From Candidatus Binatia bacterium (GTDB lineage Bacteria; Desulfobacterota; Binatia; HRBIN30), in assembly GCA_038245295.1 (NCBI GenBank), contig JBBRSP010000004.1:224001-288000 (forward strand): DNA of 64,000 nucleotides, given 5' to 3'. Of this stretch, positions 56,976 through 64,000 are shown in pieces. A program made the translations under genes and the position numbers. Below the pieces are notes generated by a model. It was given only the letters and a program-made list of their open reading frames with translations, had not been told where the DNA came from and did no database searches. Numbering within the stretch: position 1 is the first letter of the stretch; every line of letters starts with the position of its first letter.

Positions 56976-58592
56976 ATGGAATTCAACTTAGCGGATCTAT
57001 TCGAGCAGGCGGTCGACCACTTCGGCGACCGCGAGTATCTGGTCTGTGACGGCAAGCGCCGCACCTATCGCGAAATGGAGGAACGCGCCAATCGCTTGGC
57101 CCACTTCCTGGCGGCGAAGGGAATTGGCCCCGGCGATCACGTCGGCATCTATGCCCTCAACAGCGTTGAATGGGTTGAGACACTGTGGGCGGTCTTCAAG
57201 ATCCGCGCCGTGTGGATCAACATCAATTACCGCTACGTTGAGCACGAGCTCGAGTATCTGTTCTCGAACGCCGACCTGAAGGCGCTGGTCTACCAGCGCA
57301 CCTACGCGCCGCGCGTCGCGGGCGTACTCGGCGCGATGCCGATGTGCCGCGTGTCGTTGGTCATCGAGGACGGCAGCACGGAAGACTATTCCACCATCGG
57401 GTCGGTGCCCTACGAGGAAGCCCTGGCCTCGGCGTCGCCGGCTCGCGACTTCGCGCCGCGTTCGGGCGACGACCTCTATATCCTCTACACGGGTGGGACG
57501 ACGGGGATGCCCAAGGGCGTCGTATGGCGCCACGAGAATGTCTTCATGGCGCTCGGCGGCGGCATCGATCCGATGACCAGCGAGCGTGTTGCGCGGCCCG
57601 AAGACGTTGTCCAGAAGGGCAAGACGGGCATGGAGCTCGGCTTTCTGCCGATCGCGCCGCTCATGCACGGGGCGACGCAATGGGCCGTCATGGGCCAGAG
57701 CTTCATCGGCAACAAAATCGTTCTGATGGGCAAGTTCGAGGCGCAGGAAGTGTGGACACTTCTCGAACGCGAACGCGTCAACTCGGTAATGATCACCGGC
57801 GACGCCATGGGCCGGCCGCTCATCGAGGCGCTCAACGCGCCCGACGCCGCCTGGGACACCTCGTCGTTCTTTCTGCTTACCAGCAGCGCGGCGACGTTCT
57901 CGCCGATGGTGAAAGAGCAATTCCTGGCGCGCTTTCCCAACTTGATGATCCTCGACGCCGTGGGTTCGTCGGAGACCGGCAACGCCGGCATGACCATGGC
58001 GCAGGCCGGCCAGAGCCGTGCCGCGGAGGGTCCGACGATTCGCGCTCTCAAGCAAACGATCGTCCTCGACGAGGATGGCAACGCCGTGCAGCCGGGCTCC
58101 GGTGTGATCGGCAAGCTCGCGGCGTCTGGCGACATCCCGCTCGGCTATTACAAGGATCCGGTCAAGACGGCCGAGACCTTCGTCACCTTCGGCGGCGTGC
58201 GTTACGCCATCCCCGGCGACTTTGCCCTTGTCGAGGCCGACGGTCGCATCAGCGTGCTCGGGCGCGGCTCGGTGTCGATCAACTCCGGTGGCGAGAAAAT
58301 CTTCCCGGAGGAAGTCGAGATGGCGGTCAAATCGCATCCCGATATCTTCGATTGCACGGTCGTCGGGGTGCCCGACGAGCGCTGGGGCAACCGCGTCGTC
58401 GCCGTCGTGCAATTGCGGCCGGGAACGAATCCAACGCTGAAGTCGGTTCAGGACCACTGCCGCACCCTGATCGCCGGGTACAAATTGCCGCGCGACATCC
58501 ACGTCGTCGACGCCATCGTTCGCTCGCCGAGCGGCAAGCCCGATTACCGCTGGGCCAAGGCCTGCGCCACGGCCGCCGCCGAGAAGGCCTGA
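56976..58592 (+). CDS. Acyl-CoA synthetase (FadD19-like)
   Basis: MEFNLADLFE, YTGGTTGMPKG, PLMHGA, GDAMGRP, GRGSVSINSGGEKIFPEEVE, SGKPDY. Confidence 0.9.
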   Translation: MEFNLADLFEQAVDHFGDREYLVCDGKRRTYREMEERANRLAHFLAAKGIGPGDHVGIYALNSVEWVETLWAVFKIRAVWININYRYVEHELEYLFSNADLKALVYQRTYAPRVAGVLGAMPMCRVSLVIEDGSTEDYSTIGSVPYEEALASASPARDFAPRSGDDLYILYTGGTTGMPKGVVWRHENVFMALGGGIDPMTSERVARPEDVVQKGKTGMELGFLPIAPLMHGATQWAVMGQSFIGNKIVLMGKFEAQEVWTLLERERVNSVMITGDAMGRPLIEALNAPDAAWDTSSFFLLTSSAATFSPMVKEQFLARFPNLMILDAVGSSETGNAGMTMAQAGQSRAAEGPTIRALKQTIVLDEDGNAVQPGSGVIGKLAASGDIPLGYYKDPVKTAETFVTFGGVRYAIPGDFALVEADGRISVLGRGSVSINSGGEKIFPEEVEMAVKSHPDIFDCTVVGVPDERWGNRVVAVVQLRPGTNPTLKSVQDHCRTLIAGYKLPRDIHVVDAIVRSPSGKPDYRWAKACATAAAEKA

Positions 58593-58603
58593 GGAAAGCT
58601 CCG

Positions 58604-59773
58604 ATGCACCTGGCGTACACACTGGAACAGGAAGCTTTGAAGGGCGAACTGCGCGCCTACTTCAGCGCGTTGATGACGCCGGAAGTCGAGGCCGAAGTAG
58701 CGGTCGGCAACACCGGTGGGTCCCACTGTCTCGAAGCAGTACGAAAGATGGGGCGCGACGGCTGGCTCGGCATTGGTTGGCCGAAGGAATACGGCGGCCA
58801 GGGACGCGGCCTGGTCGATCAGTTTATTTTTTACGACGAGGCGTGGCGCGCCCTGGCGCCGATTCCGGCGCTGACGATCAATGCCATCGCGCAAACCATC
58901 ATGGCGTTCGGCAACGACGAACAGAAACAGTTCTTCCTGCCGCGCATCCTGCGCGGCGAGTTGCACTTCGCCGTGGGGTATACCGAGGCCAATGCCGGCA
59001 CCGATCTGGCGTCACTGCAGACGCGCGCCGTGCGCGACGGTGACGACTGGGTGATCAACGGCCAGAAACTCTACACGAGCTTGGCTGGTTATGCCGACTA
59101 CATCTGGCTTGCCGCGCGCACCGACCCCGAGGCGCCGAAACACCGCGGCATCACCATCTTCGCCGTGCCAACGACCGCAACGGGCTTTTCCTATTCGATG
59201 ATTCACACGTTGGTGAGCGCCGGAACCACGACGACGTATTACGACAATGTGCGCGTCCCCAACTCGGCGATCGTCGGTGGACTGCACAAGGGCTGGAAGC
59301 TGATCACCAACCAGCTCAACTACGAACGTGTGGCGATCTGCCCGCCCGGCATGGTCGAACAGGTGTACGAACAAACCGTGAGTTGGGCGCGGGAACATCG
59401 GCTCGCCGACGGTCGGCGCGTCATCGACCAGGAGTGGGTGCAACTCAACCTCGCCCGCGTCTACGCGCGGCTCGAATATCTGCGACTTCTGAATTGGAAG
59501 GCGGCCGCGGCCACCGACATGAATCCCGCCAATTCCAGCGCCACCAAGGTGTTCGGAACGGAATTCTTCTGCGAGGCGTATCGACTGCTGCTCGAGGTCT
59601 TCGGCCAGGCCGGCTACCTGCGCGGCAATTCCACGGGCGCGGTGCTGCGCGGCCGCATCGAACGCGCCTACCAGGGTACCCTGTTCCTGACGTTCGGCGG
59701 CGGCACGAATGAAATCCAGCGCGATCTGATCGCCCTGTTCGGCCTCGGCATGCCGCGGGTGCCGCGTTTCTGA
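58604..59773 (+). CDS. Acyl-CoA dehydrogenase (FadE26/FadE29-like)
   Basis: GWLGIGWP, GYTE..AGTDLASL, QLNYER, TFGGGTNEIQR. Confidence 0.9.
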   Translation: MHLAYTLEQEALKGELRAYFSALMTPEVEAEVAVGNTGGSHCLEAVRKMGRDGWLGIGWPKEYGGQGRGLVDQFIFYDEAWRALAPIPALTINAIAQTIMAFGNDEQKQFFLPRILRGELHFAVGYTEANAGTDLASLQTRAVRDGDDWVINGQKLYTSLAGYADYIWLAARTDPEAPKHRGITIFAVPTTATGFSYSMIHTLVSAGTTTTYYDNVRVPNSAIVGGLHKGWKLITNQLNYERVAICPPGMVEQVYEQTVSWAREHRLADGRRVIDQEWVQLNLARVYARLEYLRLLNWKAAAATDMNPANSSATKVFGTEFFCEAYRLLLEVFGQAGYLRGNSTGAVLRGRIERAYQGTLFLTFGGGTNEIQRDLIALFGLGMPRVPRF

Positions 59774-59800
59774 TCCTTCCTCGCCGCGGAGATTACCAAC

Positions 59801-60946
59801 ATGGATTTCACTCTCGATGAGAATCAACAGGCCGTGAGCGAGCTCGCGGCGCGTATCCTGACCGAGCAGCTACCGGCCGAGAAGTTGACCGCGATCGAAA
59901 GCGAGCCCGATCGCTTCGCCGCGCAGGCGTGGCGAGCCCTTGCCGAGGCCCAGTTGCTGGGCGTGCCGCTGAAGGAAGACGTCGGCGGCGCCGGCATGAG
60001 CATTCTGGAAGCCGGGCTCGTCCTGGAACAGATCGGCCGCACCGTGGCGCCCCTGCCCTATCTCGCGAGCGTCATTCTCACGGCGATGCCGATCGACGAG
60101 TTCGGCACAGCGGCGCAGCGCAGCCGCTACCTGCCCGGCGTCATCGATGGTTCGTTGATTTTGACGGCGGCGCTGGCGGAAGCAGGCAACGAGAACACGC
60201 CGGAGTCGCCGGGCACAGCGGCGACGCGCGACGGAAGCGGCTGGCGCATCGATGGGGAAAAACTGTTCGTCCCAGCGGCGCATCTGGCAGGGCGCATCCT
60301 CATCCCCGCACGTATCGGCAATGATGGTGTCGGCGTGTTCCTGGTCGATCCGCACGCGACTGGCGTGACGCTGGAACGTGTGGAAACGACGAGCCTCGAG
60401 CCGCAGTTCCATGTTTCGTTGTCCGGCGCGAAGGTCGCCGCCGATGATGTTCTCGGCGATCCGGCACAGGGAGCGGCGATTGTGCGTTGGATCGTTCAAC
60501 GCGGCTTGGCGGGATTGTGCAGCCTGCAGGCAGGGGTGTGCGATGCGGCGCTGCGCATGACGGCGCGCCATGTATCGGAACGCGAGCAATTCAACGTCAA
60601 GATCGCCACGTTCCAAGCGGTCGCGCATCGCGCCGCGGATTCGTACATCGACAGTGAAGCCGTCACTCTGACCTCGCGGCTGGCGGCCTGGCGACTCGCC
60701 AACGGCCTGCCCGCCGACGATGCCCTGTCGGTGGCGAAGTACTGGGCGGCCGAAGGCGGGCAGCGAGTCGCCCATGCCGCGCAGCATCTACACGGCGGTA
60801 TCGGCGTGGACACGGCCTATCCCCTGCATCGCTACTTCCGTTGGACCAAGCAGATCGAGCTCACCTTCGGCGGAGCGATGGTTCACCTGACGCGGCTCGG
60901 CGCCAGCATCGCCGCGCGACCCGTCGGAAGTGGCGCGTCGAGTTAA
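59801..60946 (+). CDS. Acyl-CoA dehydrogenase (FadE27/FadE28-like partner subunit)
   Basis: REQF...TFQAVAHRAAD, AKYWAAEG, QHLHGGIG. Confidence 0.9.
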   Translation: MDFTLDENQQAVSELAARILTEQLPAEKLTAIESEPDRFAAQAWRALAEAQLLGVPLKEDVGGAGMSILEAGLVLEQIGRTVAPLPYLASVILTAMPIDEFGTAAQRSRYLPGVIDGSLILTAALAEAGNENTPESPGTAATRDGSGWRIDGEKLFVPAAHLAGRILIPARIGNDGVGVFLVDPHATGVTLERVETTSLEPQFHVSLSGAKVAADDVLGDPAQGAAIVRWIVQRGLAGLCSLQAGVCDAALRMTARHVSEREQFNVKIATFQAVAHRAADSYIDSEAVTLTSRLAAWRLANGLPADDALSVAKYWAAEGGQRVAHAAQHLHGGIGVDTAYPLHRYFRWTKQIELTFGGAMVHLTRLGASIAARPVGSGASS

Positions 60947-61061
60947 GACCTTCGCATTTTCGGTTTTCCGCCGTGGGGCGGGCTGAAGGCTTGGGCAGAG
61001 GCAAGAGGCTGAGGCTCAGTACTGTTCGGCACAAATGCGGTGACGTATCCGCAAGCGCCCT

Positions 61062-61277
61062 CCGCAGTCTAAAGCCTGCGCCTACCGGTCCGCTTTAGGG
61101 TGCCTACTCAGCCTGGTAAGCGCAGGCTTCAGAGGCTGTCTCAAAACATAGGCTCACCCTTCGACGGGCTCAGGGCGAGCGGACAAAATGTCTTTGAAAA
61201 TCAACCAAGCACCCGCTCAGGCTGAGCCTGTCGAAGCCGGCTCCGTAAGGTTTTGAGACAGCCTCTTCAGCCTGCGG
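61062..61277. repeat. Inverted pair of GTAG-type REPs; second copy split by a MITE
   Basis: CCGCAGTCTAAAGCCTGCGCCTAC; GTAAGCGCAGGCTTCA[element]TTCAGCCTGCGG. Confidence 0.8.
61132..61265. mobile_element. 134-bp MITE (family B)
   Basis: Perfect 16-bp TIR GAGGCTGTCTCAAAAC/GTTTTGAGACAGCCTC; TTCA duplicated on both flanks; internal CTTCGACGGGCTCAG/CTGAGCCTGTCGAAG palindromic doublet. Confidence 0.88.
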
Positions 61278-61517
61278 CGCGTGAGCCCAATGCTTCCGAA
61301 CAGCCGCGAAATACGTCGCCGAACTAATGAACCGGAGTACTTAGGTCGGGCTTAGGTTCGGGGCTTACCGCTTGCGCTCCACTCGGCGACCGGCCCCGCG
61401 ATCTCGGGAACCTCCTCAACCAATGAGGCCAAGAACGCGGATACGTCGGTGCACGGAAGACCGGCGCTTTGTCCGGCCCACATAGGCAAGCGGTCCGAGC
61501 GGCCGGCCGCCGAAGGC

Positions 61518-62339
61518 TCAGGTCTTGAGGAATGCCAGGAGATCGGCGTTGACCTTATCCTTGAGCGTCGTGCACATGCCGTGTGGGGCGCCTTTGTAGA
61601 CCTCGAGCTTGGCGCCCTTGACCAGCTTCGAGGAGAGCATCGCCGCGGCGCCGATCGGCACGATCTGATCGTCGTCGCCGTGCAGGATGAGGGTCGGCAC
61701 ATCGAACTTCTTGAGATCCTCGGTGGTGTCGGTCTCGGAGAAGGCCTTGATGCAGAAGTACGACGCCGGAAAGCCGGCCATCATGCCCTGTAACCAGAAG
61801 GATTTTCGCACGCCTTCCGAGATCTTCGCGCCCGGCCGGTTGTAACCGTAGAATGGCAGGCTGAGCTCCTCCCAGAACTTCGCGCGATCGGCGACCACAT
61901 TGGCGCGCAGTCCGTCGAAGACGTCGATCGGCAGGCCGCCTGGATTGGCTGGCGTCTTCAGCATCAGCGGTGGAATGGCGCCGATGAGCACCGCCTTGGC
62001 GACTCGTTTCGTGCCATGGCGGCCGATGTAGCGAGCGACTTCGCCGCCGCCGGTGGAATGGCCGACATGGACGGCGTTTTTGAGATCGAGGGTCTCGACC
62101 AGCGCCGCGAGGTCGTCAGCGTAGGTGTCGAGGTCGTTGCCATTCCAGGGCTGGCTCGAGCGGCCGTGGCCGCGTCGATCGTGGGCAATGCAGCGATAAC
62201 CGCGCGACGCCAGGAAGAACATCTGATCCTCGAACGCGTCGGCACTCAACGGCCACCCGTGGCTAAAGACAACGGGCTGGCCGGTACCCCAATCGTTGTA
62301 GAAGATCCGAGTGCCGTCTTTGGTCGTGATGATGCTCAT
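61518..62339 (-). CDS. Non-heme chloroperoxidase/perhydrolase (alpha/beta hydrolase)
   Basis: [37 protein letters not shown]. Confidence 0.92.
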   Translation of the reverse strand: MSIITTKDGTRIFYNDWGTGQPVVFSHGWPLSADAFEDQMFFLASRGYRCIAHDRRGHGRSSQPWNGNDLDTYADDLAALVETLDLKNAVHVGHSTGGGEVARYIGRHGTKRVAKAVLIGAIPPLMLKTPANPGGLPIDVFDGLRANVVADRAKFWEELSLPFYGYNRPGAKISEGVRKSFWLQGMMAGFPASYFCIKAFSETDTTEDLKKFDVPTLILHGDDDQIVPIGAAAMLSSKLVKGAKLEVYKGAPHGMCTTLKDKVNADLLAFLKT

Positions 62340-62773
62340 CGGTAGCTCCTCCGTGGCGCACATGTTTGTCGGCGCCCGTGGGCGTCGGCGAACGGGGCGC
62401 ACCGTAGCATTTCAAAAAACGTTCGACAGATAGATTCATCCGAATTGGACGAACGAAGCCCCGCACAGCCCTGCTCGGTCGGGCGGGGAAGTCACCTCCA
62501 CCACGCAATACAGGCGCGCCACGCCCTCCACATACGTTGCCCATCCTAACCGCAGACTTTACCGAACGGCCATCGCTCTTAACCGTGCCTCCGCCTACCT
62601 TGCATTTCTATGAAAACGCGAATGAAAACCCTGCGTGTGGGCGAAGCAGTCGCTGGCAGGAGGGACGCCCGCCCCACCCTTTTGCCCGGACTGGGCCAGC
62701 TTCTGTCAGCTCGGCAAAAAGAGACATTCGCAATGACACAGAGAATTGGATCGGTTAAAAAGGGAGGTCCATC

Positions 62774-63208
62774 ATGAGCAAGGAAAAGACGTACGAGGGC
62801 AGCTGCTTCTGCGGCGCGGTCCAGTTCTCCGTAAGTGGTGAACCGGCCGGCATGGGCTACTGCCACTGTGAGTCCTGCCGCCGCTGGTCGGCTGGGCCGG
62901 TGAATGCATTCACACTCTGGCCACCGGACGCGGTACAGCTCACCTGCGGTGCCGACAACATCGGCACGTACAACAAGACTCCGAACAGCTGCCGGAAGTG
63001 GTGCAAGACGTGCGGCGGCCACATCTTCACCGAACATCCCGGCATGGGGCTGACCGATGTCTACGCCGCTGTGATTCCCGACTTCCCCTACCAGGCCGGG
63101 GTGCATGTCCACTACCAGGAGACGAAGCTGAACATTCACGACGGGCTGCCGAAGATGAAGGATGTCCCGACGGAAATGGGCGGCTCCGGCCTGAGCGTCC
63201 CCGAGTAG
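62774..63208 (+). CDS. GFA-family Zn-binding protein
   Basis: GSCFCGAV, CHCESCRR, WCKTCG; GGGAGG upstream. Confidence 0.9.
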   Translation: MSKEKTYEGSCFCGAVQFSVSGEPAGMGYCHCESCRRWSAGPVNAFTLWPPDAVQLTCGADNIGTYNKTPNSCRKWCKTCGGHIFTEHPGMGLTDVYAAVIPDFPYQAGVHVHYQETKLNIHDGLPKMKDVPTEMGGSGLSVPE

Positions 63209-63308
63209 CCCGAAGAAGCCTTCTTGCGCCTCATCGCGTCGTCGTGCTTAACGGCTCCCGTCGACCCGTCGTCTCTCCTGTTGCAGCACCACGGGTCGCG
63301 GGAGTCGC

Positions 63309-64000
63309 ATGCCTCAGAGCACACACGCGATCATGTTCGGTCCCTATCGGCTGGACGCCGCTGGTTCTCGACTCTGGAAAGGCGACGAGGCGGTGGCATT
63401 GCAGCCGCGCCCCCTCGCCGTCTTGTCCTATCTCGCCGCGCGGCCCGGTGACGTGGTAAGCCGCGACGACCTCATCGCCACGCTCTGGGGCGGCACCTAT
63501 GTCACCAAGGCCGTCCTCAAGGTCGCCGTGCGGGCGATTCGCGAAGCTCTGCAAGACGACGCCGAGGCGCCGCGTTACATCGAGACCGTCGGCCGTGAAG
63601 GGTATCGTTTCATCGGCGCTGATGCGGGCGCCGCGACCAACACGCCGCACGCAGACGAGCCGCCAGGCGGCGCGACGATGTTCGGGCGCGGGCAGGATCT
63701 GGCCAAGCTCCATGCCGGGTTGGCTCGGGCGGCGGCAGGTACGCGGACGATCGTGTTCGTCAACGGCGAAGCGGGGATTGGCAAGACAACGCTTCTCGAT
63801 CGATTCATTCATGAGGTGGAAACGACGCGCGCTGTCTACGTGGCGCGGGGACAGTGCCTCGACCAATACGGCCAAGGCGAGGCCTATCTTCCAGTTCTCG
63901 AGGCGCTCGGCCGCCTGGCACGCGATGAAACCAAAGGCGAGCTGCGCGAGACACTGGCGCAACATGCGCCGACGTGGGTATCGCAGCTGGCCGCACTCGA
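63309..64000 (+). CDS. Winged-helix (OmpR/CadC-type) plus AAA ATPase regulator; runs off the window
   Basis: Manual translation MPQSTHAIMFGPYRLD...LSYLAARPGDVVSRDDL...PRYIETVGREGYRFI...FGR...GEAGIGKT. Confidence 0.85.
   Translation, partial: MPQSTHAIMFGPYRLDAAGSRLWKGDEAVALQPRPLAVLSYLAARPGDVVSRDDLIATLWGGTYVTKAVLKVAVRAIREALQDDAEAPRYIETVGREGYRFIGADAGAATNTPHADEPPGGATMFGRGQDLAKLHAGLARAAAGTRTIVFVNGEAGIGKTTLLDRFIHEVETTRAVYVARGQCLDQYGQGEAYLPVLEALGRLARDETKGELRETLAQHAPTWVSQLAAL

Noticed and set aside
57344..58603. Apparent 809-aa acyl-CoA dehydrogenase with long N-terminal extension
   Set aside because: Extension is an alternative frame overlapping the acyl-CoA synthetase; the real start is ATG 58604 after GAGG

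Overview
GC-rich bacterial chromosomal window, mostly metabolic genes. The gene style (DUF3604 and CSLREA proteins, Cys-bracketed dockerin-like tags, Pro/Thr linkers, LLM and steroid-type acyl-CoA genes) suggests a Binatia/deltaproteobacteria-like organism; this is inference only. Content: a CaiB CoA-transferase, a membrane adenylate/guanylate cyclase, RluA, MOSC, a desaturase, a tripartite RND pump, two STAND-type ATPase regulators, infA, a fused 3-oxoacid CoA-transferase, mutY, sufT and a tRNA-Glu(TTC). After the tRNA lies an accessory region (about 40-52.7 kb) with two toxin-antitoxin loci and surface-protein/modification genes. A BVMO-esterase fusion is divergent from a fadD19/fadE26/fadE27-like operon. 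No CRISPR, integrase or transposase is visible. The most notable unexplained structures are three. (1) Small non-autonomous elements with GAG[A/G]CTGTC termini insert into the loops of REP-like hairpins with 4-5 bp duplications, carry REP-like hairpins themselves, and nest inside each other. (2) Long direct repeats downstream of tRNA-Glu bracket single cargo modules (a TA pair, then a CSLREA gene) with no recombinase nearby. (3) A portable Cys-closed dockerin-like domain is shared by two unrelated secreted proteins.
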